Shown here: positions 20,417 to 33,087 of the stretch, in pieces
Numbering within the stretch: the stretch's first letter is position 1
How the letters are laid out: the number at the start of each line of letters is the position of its first letter
DNA from: Azolla caroliniana
Taxonomy: Eukaryota > Plantae > Polypodiophyta
Length of the DNA: 64,000 nt
Reading direction: 5' to 3'
Assembly: GCA_043228905.1 (NCBI GenBank)
Contig: JBHGNT010000016.1
Coordinates: 1,798,001-1,862,000 of the forward strand
Translations under genes and position numbers: made by a program
Notes under the pieces: model-generated
Database searches by the model: none
What the model was told of the DNA's origin: nothing
The model's input: only the letters and a program-made list of their open reading frames with translations

Positions 20417-22988
20417 ATGGATTGGTTTTTAGGCTGCTTCTCATGTAAAAGTATGAACAACTCGACTAAACAGGTTAAGGCAAAAATAAATCTCACCTTT
20501 TTCCATTTTTTTTTATACTATTCTCTTACAATTTCCTTAATTTTAATACTCTCGTGCATCTTGTATGATGCAAAATAAAGTTGTAAACCACATTTTGAAT
20601 GTTTGATGATTTTTTTATTATGTCAGGAGCAGAAGGCTTCTAATTGTATAGCTGTGCATTCTTCTTCTTCACAAGGTAGACGTTATATAAATAATTAAGT
20701 TCATTCTCTGAGCGCTTTGCTATTGATCATGACTGTTGCCATGAATTTATTAGGGGGTCAAGCAGATGCTTTGAGACACAAACTTCCATTGCAGAGATTC
20801 TTTCCTGAATCAGGAAACGTAATTAAAGAAACTTCTGCAGGTCAATCATTGCAAGGGAGAAAATGGGAAGAAGCTCTATATGACCTCAACAAAAATATTG
20901 GAAGAGAGAACGGCAATGACAGAGTAACAACATTTAATTATTTAACGTCGATTGTGTCCACCTATTTCTAGGATCTCAATCAGGTTATGGATTTGATGTA
21001 TTTTGATATTATTACAGGCTCTAAGTTTTCATGACTTTGAGAAACCACATACGCTTAGAATATTGTTTAATGATCTCCATAATGCGTCCGAGACAAATGT
21101 TGTCGAGAGCCAGGATTCAGAGTTTATGCACAATTTTCTCAGAAGGTTTGATATTGATGGGGGTTCTCTGGTTGATTCTTGTATGAGAGATAATGTCAAC
21201 AATGGGTAAGTAAACATATAATTTAAGGATTTTATTTCTCCTGATATAGCGATAATGACTGTAATGTTTATGGATTGCGTTTAAAAAACAGGCCACAAGT
21301 TGATCTTATCAAATTTTTACAAGACCAGTCGAATTTGAAATATGGTGGACCTCCAGCCTTTATCTCTCTGGGAGATAGACCTTCCTCAAAAAAGGTTCTA
21401 AATAAAGAAACAGATACACAAAAGACTTTTGTTACGATTTCCAGCATATCTAAATCCTCAGGATTGCAATCTTCGTTAAATGTTATTGATGATATTCCCT
21501 TAACCCAGCAAGATGATGTTTCTTTAAGTGGAATCACTTCTAATTCAAATGAAGATATTGAACCTGACACAGAGTCAACCAAATCATACAGAGATGTATC
21601 TTCTTTTAATGGAGAAAAAACAAAATGTGTATCAGCCAAAAATGATGTCTTTGAAGATGGGGCATTGGCTACACTCAAACATGAAAAAGCAATCTGCAAA
21701 AAATTGTTTTCTTCACAATTAGGTGCCAATCTTGATTTTTTGTCAGATGTTACACATGCACAACCTCCATTAGAGCAAATGTTCAACTCGCCATCAAAGA
21801 GTACTGAATGCAAAGAACACTTGACTCCCTCAAGAAGAAATTTGGATTCATCAGAATTCAGCACACCAAATACTCTTTCCGAATCACTATCACCACCAAC
21901 TTCAGTGCATTCAGAACATTCTGAATCATCATGTTTCACAGAAACCATGTCTAATGAGCAAGTGTGTTCCACGTCATCAGCCTCCTCTTCACAAGTAGAA
22001 ACACCAAAATCAATTCAAAGCTCAATATCCATTGAAGATAGACCCATATTAGGAACTGTTGCAGCCCATTGGAACAACACATCATCATCAGCACAAAAGT
22101 GGTGGGATGGGAAAGGAATTCCAAACTCCACTAATAAATACAAAGAGGTAGCAATATATGTGAGAATGCTATTTGCCAGAATACTGCTAATTTGTTGGTT
22201 ATCTTAATATGTCAGAACTGTTTCTGGCTCCTGAAAATTATTGCAATCCCCTGCGATGTTTCAAAACTTGCTATTACAGCCTATATAGGTGTAGCATGGC
22301 GTAGTTTTTGATAACATAAGCATATTCTTGTAAATCTTCAAGAAGTCAGCATATATTAGGGGTTTTTTTCCCGTTACATTGTGCTTTGGATTCTAATATT
22401 TGAGGTCTTTTTTTGCAGGATCAAAAGGTCAGTTGGCATGCTACTCCATTCGAGGTCAGGCTTGAAAGAGCATTGTCCAAGCAAAAGAGAACCTTCCAAA
22501 AGTGAGTTGCAGTTTATGCTTGCTTAAATTAACGCTTCAGGTTATTTGGACTTAACATTCTGAAATGACCCGAGTTGTTAATTCCCCATAAAAGCACCTA
22601 AATGTCTTATCTCTCTTGTTCAACCCTAGGTTTTGAAAATAGGATGACTTGAAATTTTAATTACTTGAATAACGTAGCAAAAACTAAATACAATCCGTGA
22701 GAAGGCATTAACTTGGAGCATCTAGGGGAGTAATGGAATCTTAGGGCCATTGGGCTAATTAAGTAAATCATTAGTGTATTTGGTAAGATTTACAGAAACA
22801 AGAGTAGCATTTTTTGGGGGGTTATCAGTGTGTTTACCCTTCTTCCTTTCTTTACCAGTACCACTAACTTGGGATACGATGTCATACATGTACTCACATT
22901 GATTTCATTTTTTGTATCAATTAGGAAGCTTTTCGATGGACCAGTGGTTACCAATAGGCAGTCATGCCCATTTGGATCCTCAACTTAA
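20417..22988 (+). CDS. JASON: JASON-like protein (meiotic spindle/organelle positioning family)
   Basis: N-terminal MDWFLGCF and the family C-terminal block DRPILGTVAAHW...KWWDGKGIPNSTNKYKE|DQKVSWHATPFEVRLERALS. Inferred exons: 20417-20473, 20627-20675, 20754-20923, 21018-21205, 21292-22147, 22419-22501, 22925-22988 (phases consistent). Probable 5' UTR intron 19577-20079. Confidence 0.88.
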
Positions 22989-25140
22989 AGATTGGGGAGC
23001 AAAAATTTTGAAGCTTGATTTGAGCTTTCAATGTGAAAGAAAGTGTATATAATTAGATGATGGTTAGGCTAGCATTGACATGAAGTATTATCCGTGAGAC
23101 TCGCTTATTTTCCCTAAATGAAGGCAGTGATGTATTTCATCAAAAGATACCTACGAGCTTAAGTCAGTCTCTCGCTGTCTTCATCTGCCACTCATCTCTA
23201 GTTTAAGTGTTTTGTGCTCAACATATATAACCTATCTAGACTTGCATTTTTGTAGAGTTTTCTCACGCTCATCGCCGAATCATAATCCAATGGACCTACT
23301 ATTCTGATGATTAATTATTAACTAGAAAGATCAGTTTCATTTGACAAACCTTGATCAAAATGCCAAAGCCTCTTTGGCTCGTTTGCAATGTGATATGTTG
23401 TTATGCCAACAGCATTTTTATTTGTTTCATCAAGGAAAGGGGGAATGGATAGAACAGGTGTCAAGTTCTTACCACATCATTCAGATTAGAAACTGTTAAT
23501 GATTGGAACTTTCTTGTTGTGGTCGAGAAAGCCCCTATCATTAAATGTTTTGAGCTGTCAATGTCAGGTGATGCACTTCTTGTTGTGGTAATGTACGTGC
23601 AGTAATTTCCAACAATATCATCCTGTATAGATTGATTCAAATTAAAGGCTCTCTAGATAGCACTGTTTTGGATGGGAGGCTTGACATACCGTACTTTGTT
23701 CAAAACACTGTTGGTCCATGAATTCTGAAATAACATCATCTCATCTCTTGCCTATTCATTTTCTACTATTTATAAATCCTAGGTTGGGATACACGAATTT
23801 AATAAGACACACAGTATGAGATACCTCAAACACAGGGTAGGATACACACATTTACATCCCAAATTTCATGAAAGTGCTCATGGGTAGAAGAAATGCTCCA
23901 AAGTAACTATGGCTTAGGTAGCACTACGTTTCAATGGCTTTGTTGTCTTCCTTTTAATGAGAAGCAATTTCGTAATCTCAGCAGTTATGTTCAAGGGATT
24001 TATTTCTAGGGCATTTTGTAAGGGTTAGGTGTTGTGAGGTAAATTTTGTTGTTAAATAATAAGCTACAATTGTTTTCTTTACCCTTTGTAAAATGGTAGT
24101 AAGTATTTGGAAAAGGACGCCATCTGTGCAAAGGTTACTATTACGTCTGTATGAGGTCAATGTATTATGTATCATTGTGAAAAGTTTTGGAGCAAATTGT
24201 CGGGTTGCATGATCTCCATCTCAACAAAAGCATGACTATTTAAAAGTAAATGCAAAATTAAAGAACCTCGTCCACAACTTCACCATCATGTTTTTTATAT
24301 TAAGAACTTTCCTCGTTCTAATAAAAAGTAAGCTTGCAAATCAAGAACAAAATTTGCTAGATGAAACAAATTGATGGCTACATTGTTTTTCCTTAAATTA
24401 TATATAAAGGTTGTGCAAGTCTTTGATACGACGTGTGAAGTTGATGATGCTTCCTTATTGTGCTTTAGCACGTTCTTCTCGAAGCTTAAGAAAGTTTTGT
24501 CAATTTTGCTTGATTCTTGTAAAATATGACCAATACAAGGGATTGGTTAGTTCTATTTGCGGATAGTTATAGGAATAGACCATGCACGCTTTTTCTAGAA
24601 ACATAGACATTTATTCAAAACATACTTTCATGTTTTCCCCTACATCATATTTGCAAGTGATTCCTTAGAAACAAACCTTGAGCGCCAATGTAAAAATGAC
24701 CAAAATATGTATTATCCTAAACTTTTAAAAAAATTGACCAAATCATCTCTCTTTGTCCACATTTGATCCGCTTTCTATGCATTGTCAAGCCGGTGACTCA
24801 ACTAGCCAACGTGACCCCACACAAACTATCGGGATAAATGTTAGAACCCTAGTTTCGTGTGATGGACATATGCAACCTCTGAGGGCGAAAATAAAAAACC
24901 TATATCCATCTTTCATACTCACGACGGATGGGCTATTCTAGTCCTTGTGTCCAAAACGTGTAGATGTTCTAGAAGGGTATTCCGGTAATTATGAAAATTG
25001 GGGGAGGAGGGGTACTTGTATAAATACACAAAACCGAAGCAATTCAGTGTTCAGTGAAGCCACCTTTCGCCTTCTTGGAATCTTCTCCGTTCACTCTCAC
25101 CTTTCTTCTTCTTCTTCTTCTTCCTGCTCCTCCGCCCGTT

Positions 25141-25420
25141 ATGGCTATGGAGGCTGGCTGGAGAGCTCTCCAGTTCACCACCAAAGCCATTGATGCTTAC
25201 ATCAAGACTCTTCTAGTCGACAAAGTCACTATTGACGACGAGAAACCTGCCCCGGTTTACCTTCTCGACGAGCTCTCGGAGATTCTTAGATCTTCTTCGA
25301 TCGATCTCATCCAAGAAATCGTAGAGTATACGTTTCGCCGTCTTCGTCACAGAAGTCCTATTGTCAAGAGCAAGGTTATTTGTTATTTGTTTATATCCTT
25401 TCTTTGAATTCGAAGCTTCC

Positions 25421-25458
<38 letters not shown>

Positions 25459-28400
25459 ATACATATAGATATACTAGGTAATATATACTAGATGTACATG
25501 CATAAATATGTTTCTGATTGTTGCAAGTACTAGGTAATATTGTTGTAGCATGGATTTATCTTTGTATGTGATTCCTCTGTTTAAGAACAAGTTTTGTTTG
25601 TTCGCATGCTTTTATTAGGTCTAAGTTTCCATAAATAAATAAATAAATAAATAAATATACTAATGTTTTTTGGGAACAGAAGGTATAGTAATGGCATAAA
25701 AGTTTATTTGGAAATGTAACTCCCCTTGTAAATCTCAAGGTTTTACCTTTTCAGATTATTTTGTCGGACAATCTAAAGTCTATATATATCTGTATGTGTA
25801 TGTATATGTATATGTTTTTAGTTGTATGCATTTGGTATGTGTCTATATTTGTGTCTGTACGTGTACATGCACTTGTGGGTGTTTTTGAGAATATGCATGT
25901 ATGTATATGTATTATATATCTATTATATATGGTTGGTAGAAATAGGAGATAAACACAAACTTGCCATGGATTTATTTTATGAACAAATCTAAGTCCTGTA
26001 TTGAACCACAAAGTTGGTTTGTTCAGATATTCTTTTTGAAGGTATTTCTGATTGTTGAAAAAGATATATATAGTTGTAGATGCGATCAGGAGTGACAAAA
26101 TGGTAGTGTTTTTGAGATGAAATACTAATCTTTAGGTATTTGAGGTAAAATTCTAGTATTTCTGTGGTTATAGATGTTATCTAGCACTAAATGTACTGAA
26201 TTATTGTTGGACATAGGAGATGGCATGTAATCTAGAAGTAAATATACTTAAATTATTGTTTTGAACACTTCAGTCAATTATCCCTTTCATAACAGAATCC
26301 ATAAACCAGACGTTTATCATAATTTCCAATTTTCGAAAATAGGAATTAGAGGATGTGAGACGGGATCAAGTAGCAAATGAGATGAATTCTAAAGGTTCAA
26401 ACATATAATTGATTTTATGCCAAAATCGATTAAGCCAAATTTTCTCTAGTCAAGCACATGGCTCATGTCCTCTTTGTCCTTGCTCATGGCTGTATTTTTC
26501 TGAATAACAGGTTCTTCGATTCATCAAGTACACTGTGGCTAGAGCTGGGCCACAGTATAAGAAAGAACTGCAACAGCATGGATATTTAATCGAAGAGCTT
26601 TTTACTTTCCGAGGAACCGTCGATCCTATTAAAGGCAATAGTATAAACCTGGCTGTGCAGGATGTTGCGCGTGAAGCTTTTAATACCATTTTCTCTGCTG
26701 ATACTAGTCATTCCACCTGTGAAAGTACAAGGGGACGGATTGAAGGTTTTGGCAGTGGTAGTTTTTCTTGCTCCAGTATTGGTTCTGAAAGTTCTTTCTC
26801 AAGAAAAGACAACATTGATACCACCTATGGTAGAGAAGAAAATTCTAGATTTGTAATCCACAAGCAGGATAGCCAATGTAGAAATGAAAACATGAATCAC
26901 AAGTTTTCAAATGAACATTGCAATCATAAGATTTTTCTTGAACAAAATATGAATGTTATTCCTCTCGATGATAAAGTTGTGACCAATGCTAAATCTCATG
27001 TGGGCCATGCACAACCTACATATGAGCACTTACGGTCTTTTATGTCAAATGCACAGCTGGCCGGAGGTTTGAAGTTTAAACTACAGTCTCCGTCTTGGCA
27101 GGTATGGGTTTAGAACAACAGTAAGCCAATATCTCAACTACAAAATATTAAGCTATTCAGTAGTAAATCCTTAATTTATTTGTAAATTTGGAAAATCTTT
27201 CAAATATCAGTGGTAAATAATTTCCGACAATTTAAATTTGCCTCTCCACCTTGCTTTGCTGCAATCATTTCATTCTATGCTGACCTTTGTCCAGGAACGA
27301 CTGAATGCAGCATGTTTATTGGAAGCTATCTTGTATCAAAATGATGACAGCCTTGTAAAGACTTTACAGGCAGAAGAAATGTCTATTCAATGTTCTCTCA
27401 AGGAATGCCTTCTTTCTCCTCAAGCAGTATTAAGGGAAAAGGCAAAACAGGTAAATTTGTTTCCATGTAAAAACGTTATAGGGGAAATCTCCAAAATACC
27501 CAAAGTTTTTCTTTATTTCAATGTCCCTGGTCAACCCATGAAAGATATAAAAAGGGGACAAATTGATCATATATTTGCTCAAATAGCACATGCGACTGAG
27601 AAAAAGGTACAGTGATCATATTGACCAAGATTATTTGGGAAAATAAGGAAATACTTTGTGCCTTATTTTGGAGTGTACCTAAATTACTTGTTGAAAGACT
27701 CAAAAATGTTACAAGCTGATATAGCATGCAGGTTATTGATCTTCTTTCAGTTCTGAAAAACAAAGAGAAGTCTGTAGAATCGTCAAGTCCTTTCTTCACA
27801 ATAGATGTTATCCGGGAAGTAGACACAAATAGTTCTGCCTTGTCACCCTCAAGTGTACATGTCCATAGTTGGAAGGATGCCATTGAATTGCCTCCTCAAA
27901 TTGAGGATGGATTGAAGCTTCAGATCATTGAAAAAGACACAGTTGCAGATGATCCTTTTCATGGAATGCATGCCCGTGATTCATATGAATCATTAGTAGT
28001 GGACACTGATCTTTTAGGTGGTTTCACAGAATGTCACCATATCGAAGAAACTCACACAAATTTGGATTTTAAATCTACTACTCATGGGTTGAATAATATG
28101 GAAGCAGAAACTAAAAGAATGCAGTCTAACCTGTCAGATTTTACAATGCAATATTCTGTCAGCACGCAAATGATATTTGAGGCAAATTCCCCATTATATT
28201 GCAAACTAAAGGATGATGGAAACAATTCCTGCACAGATACTTATGGATCTTTACAGACTAATCTGTGTCCAGGTGGCGTAGAGGGTTTTTATGTTGATAC
28301 TGATGTTATAGCCTATAAGAAAAAAAATGCAGGTGGTTCTAGACCAATGCTTGATGTTCATCGCCAAGGGTTTGGTTGTACTTCTATTGGTGCGGGACTT

Positions 28401-29330
28401 ATGAATCATGAAGGCAATTTTGATTTCATTTCGGTATGTCTAGTATCTATTTTTTTCTCCTTCTCATTAAATACTTGGTGTTATCATAATTACATAGAAT
28501 GTCCATCTACTTACATGAAAAATACTCAATTGGATTAGGAAGCAAAAAATGAAAATATACATGAAATGTTGAAGACTGAACTTCCTCCAAAATTTGAATC
28601 CTCTTCTCCATGTCTCATTTTTTCTGAAACCGAGTCAGGGATTGCCTCATGACCTGTTTGATTTATCAGATAGTTTTTGCTTCTACAGAAGATATTTAAT
28701 TGGAGATACAACTTGTGCATATTTTGCTCCAATGGCATATGGCACAACAATAATTTGGCTTATAGATGTTTTTTAGGTTGTGAAAATACTACCATCTCGA
28801 TATCAAGTTGGTTGCATATTTTGCTTCAATGGCATATGCCACAACAATAATTTGGCTTATAGATGTTTTTTAGGCTGTGAAAATACTACCATATCAATAT
28901 CAAGTACCAACTAACTTGTGAAGTGCATGATGTCATGAAAAACTAGTGAAAGGAAGGACGATGTCCGTTTTTTAATTATTAATCAATAAATAATGTCTGG
29001 TTTTCAATATTTTGAAGGTAATAATGTGTGGATGAATATTCATAATTATTTTCTGCTCATAATGATTTAATTATTATACAAATCTGGTAAAAGATTACAT
29101 TTATCATCTGTTTGTATGATTTTCACACAAATCTTATGGACAAAAGGGGCCAAGTTTGTTTACTTAGTTTGTGGTGACAACCAATTGCAACATGGTTTAT
29201 TTTAATATTGCAACATTGTTTCAACATGGTTTAACTTGTGCAATTCCGTGTTGTGATTCCTTTTTATGTCCTTGTGCAGGAATATCTACATACAAATTTG
29301 GGTTTTAAGACAGTGAAAGAAAAGTCTTAA
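25141..29330 (+). CDS. MTV1: ENTH/VHS-domain protein, MTV1/tepsin-like (AP-4 accessory), ~577 aa
   Basis: VTIDDEKPAPVYLLDELSEILRSS...RSPIVKSK|VLRFIKY...FRGTVDPIKGNSINLAVQDVAREA, RIEGFGS, LQSPSWQ and C-terminal FDFIS match the plant MTV1 layout. Exons: 25141-25374, 26511-27101, 27295-27450, 27732-28433, 29280-29330, all phase 0. Confidence 0.85.
28716..28905. repeat. Tandem dimer, 97-bp unit (last MTV1 intron)
   Basis: TGCATATTTTGCT.CAATGGCATATG...GATATCAAGT starts at 28716 and 28813. Confidence 0.9.
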
Positions 29331-29949
29331 CTTAATGACTAGATTCTGGAATAGCTACATATATCAAATGACCTGCCCAAGCTAGAGAACTCACTCCGAA
29401 AAGTCTGGCTATCTCTCGAACACAAGCTGGTGAATTTTGGGCCAGACGTGAGGACGTAGCACCTGATAATAGTCTGATTGATATCTTTGTTTAACCGAAA
29501 TCTTCATCCTAGAACAGAAATAAATGCGGGAATTACAATATATGCTAGACCTATGGGACCTAATAAACATATATGGCACGTGACTCCTTAGAAGGGAATT
29601 GTTACTCTGGTGAAACTTCGACCTGAAAATAATGCACACATATACTCACCCTTCTTGGTGGCGATTTGAGTAACATGTGCAACATGTCACCATATTTCTT
29701 GAGATTTGCATTATATGTTTATTCTGCTGAGGAGTGAGTGATATTTATCCTCCACTAGGTTTTCATTTCATACCTAAATGTGCTATCGAGTTTGAGGAAG
29801 CGTAAAAGTAGCAAGATCGGGTTAGATATGTTTTGCTTCCAACATTGAGAGTTAACATTTGCAATATAAAATTGTAATTTCGGCATTTTTAATATCTTGT
29901 CACCTCATCTGTAGTGCTTTTAGTAATCAAATCCAGTAATCTATCCTTG

Positions 29950-30700
29950 ATTATCACGAGCTTCATATCAATCACCAAGCCATAGCAGAGGATATTGCTC
30001 TTTAGTTCTTTGTAACGTGCGCCATACGTTCCAAGCATGGTGTGATAAATAGTGATTGAGCATATTGATTGGTCAATGTTAGTTTATGGCTGAAATGTAT
30101 AAGTGCTTGTGGTAAAAGAGGGGTTAAAATAGGCCAATTCTGAATGTATTTCCATGGATCCATCACATGCTTTCATCAAGAGTCATGTCAATGTGTGTAC
30201 AAGAAGCCAACTATAATTTGTCATAATATAGTCATCTATTTCATGTGTCAAATATGATGCTTTTACATGATCAACAACTTCCACATCAATTGTAGCATTT
30301 AAATCTCCAACAACCAACAAATTTCCAATCTTCTCATATGTAAGAACGTTGGAGCAAGTGTAAGAAAAAGAATCATCACGATTTAGTTGATACAAACTAT
30401 TGTAGTTGTATACTTATGATGGATGTAACATGTCAAGTAAAGTTTATTTTGCATATTATCTTTTGCTTTCATCATTCTTTTGGCTTGTATGTAGTTTTCC
30501 AAATCCTAGTGATAAATACATGTTATGCCAATTTCTTCTAGTGTGGGGCCATATAAATTTCATGATGTAACCATCCATATTAGGTATATGCTTGGCTTCA
30601 TGTTTGATTAGAAATCGTAACTATACCTTGAGCTACTACATTGCTTGATTCTTAGCCTGCATTCCATAACTATCCTCTACAATTACAAAACATGATTTTT
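29950..30700 (-). mobile_element. Highly decayed LINE relic (AP-endonuclease region)
   Basis: ORF 30183-30395 contains NLLVVGDLNA, resembling the APE GDxNA motif. Surrounding frames are stop-rich. Boundaries are approximate. Confidence 0.45.
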
Positions 30701-30737
30701 ATATTGGTCAGTCATAGGTCATCACTTGCTATGCATT

Positions 30738-30887
30738 TTGAGCTCATTTTCTCGTTGCCTAGGCTTGTCCTACTCATTCTTTGTTACCTGGGGTTAGGTA
30801 TTTTGTTACAAGTTGAGCTCATTTTCTCGTTGCCTAGGCTTGTCCTACTCATTCTTTGTTACCAGGGGTTAGGTATTTTGTTACAAG
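30738..30887. repeat. Tandem dimer, 75-bp unit
   Basis: TTGAGCTCATTTTCTCGTTGCC...GTATTTTGTTACAAG occurs twice with one mismatch. Confidence 0.95.
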
Positions 30888-31817
30888 AAGTTTGTATCAT
30901 TTAGATACACCTCGCCACTACCCAAAATGATAACTTTTCCCATATAAACTAAGCATGTGCAAATGACAGGTCTACGTTTTTCTCTTTATGTCGTCTTCTG
31001 ACGTTTCCATGAACGGAATATGCATTCTTTGGTTCATCTTCTTGCATTCCCCTTAACACCAACATTTTCTTTCCTTTCTCTATCATAGAGTTTTTGCATC
31101 TAATGTATTCTTTGAAGTGGATTCAACACTAACTTTATTAACATTTGCTTTACATGTCTTCTTCCATTTTGACATGATTGCATTTTCTTTTGCATCAAGG
31201 CTAGATTTCATTTCAACATTTGCTTTGATTATCAATTCTTTCTTACCTTCTAAGATAGTCATTTTGGTCTCTATTTTGAGCACTTGAGTATCTTGGGTTT
31301 AAAACTATATTTCAACTCTTATTTCAAATATTTTATCTCCATCACTTGGAAATCTATTGTATGTTGAAGCATCGTTTCCCTCGCATTCGTATGCACTTCA
31401 TTTTATAATTTTGTCATTGTTTCTCATAACAACATACACAGACGCAATTGTTTCAATAGACAAGGAATGTGAACTTTCCTACACATCATCAACAACCTTG
31501 GATGCCCCTAGATCCATGCCTGACTATATATCTCAAAGTTTTATGAGCAATGTTCAATATATGATCCATTGGTGTTTATATTTTATTTTAGCTTACATAG
31601 AAATCTATCAACACATCATCAACTAGATTAGATGCCCCACAGTCCATGCTTGACCCTATACCTTAAAATTCTATGATCATTGTTTAGTATATGATCCATT
31701 AGTGTCCCAATTTGAGCATTAAAGCATTGAAAATTATTGTCTCAACTTCTAGCTTAAAAATATGCAAAAAACAATCACACTACCATATTCTTGTGATGAA
31801 TTGTTCCTTTAGCAATG

Positions 31818-31864
<47 letters not shown>

Positions 31865-33087
31865 GATTGGAATATGAAAAATGCAACGAATATCAATTTC
31901 AAACAAATTTACCCCCTACCACCACCGTAGGTCCATTTATTGATGAACTAGAATATTAGCTTGCCCTATAGGTGGATGCCATGTTTGCTATTGGGTAGAA
32001 GCAGATTGTGTATTAAAGGATCTATACACCTTTAGAGCAAAACAAACAAGATAAAGGTAAAAGTAATGAGATTGTGGGGTATTTTATATTAAAATCATTG
32101 AGCAAGTGAAGGTAAACCTTATATCTTGGAATATATCTCCCTAAATGACCACCATATATGGCAATGTTCCCTTTAAAAAACACTTGAGAAAACATTATTT
32201 TCCATGGTTGCAATCTCAAGGAGACTAATTGTAGCAAACAGAAAAGAGGCTGAAAGTGGATTTTGCAGCAAAAACATCAAAATTCTGTTGGAACTAGAAA
32301 CTTTGTGCCAAAATACTTCTCAAGGGTAAGAAAAACATGGACAAGGAAAGATTGATTCCAAAATCCCCAAAAGGTCAAACAAATACACCCAGCTGTTCTA
32401 GCAACTAACTTCATGGGCTAACAACATGGCATTGCAATATGTTATGGGCATCAAAGATGAGAATTCAACATTTACTTACTATGAAGGTAGATAACAAAAA
32501 GGAAATACATACTTACACACGCTGCTGCAGGAAACAGAGGGCCAGTCTCAGAATTTTACTTAGGGATTGATGTTGATTGATGTGGATTGAAGGTACACAT
32601 TGGATTGATGTGGAAGTTGGCCAAGCACACAAATTACTTAGGGAGCTTAGGTCTTGTTTGTTTCACAAGAAATCCCAGATCAGGACTGACAACACAACAG
32701 ACTAGAATGCCCATTTTTCAAAGAATCGAGATACTACCATGGGATCTCTTCGAACTGCTCAAAATGCCTATATCAACGACGGCAACCCAAAAAATCCATC
32801 GATCTTTTTACATTGCTTGATGAATTTGATAATACTGAGGCATATGGCCTCCTACCATCAGCTGTTTTGCCTTCAAACCTGACATCTGGTTCGTGATTAA
32901 TAACAAGCTCATGTCAGTGACCTTGTTGCAATGGCAATCAATCAGAATTATTATGGATGTTGTCAGCTTCATGTCAGGGGGCGAGATACAAATTCTACAA
33001 CTAAGGAATAAGACAACATTTAACAATGATATGTGTTCATAAAAGGCAGCAAAAAATTAAGGCCCATAACTTCCTTTAAATTATACT

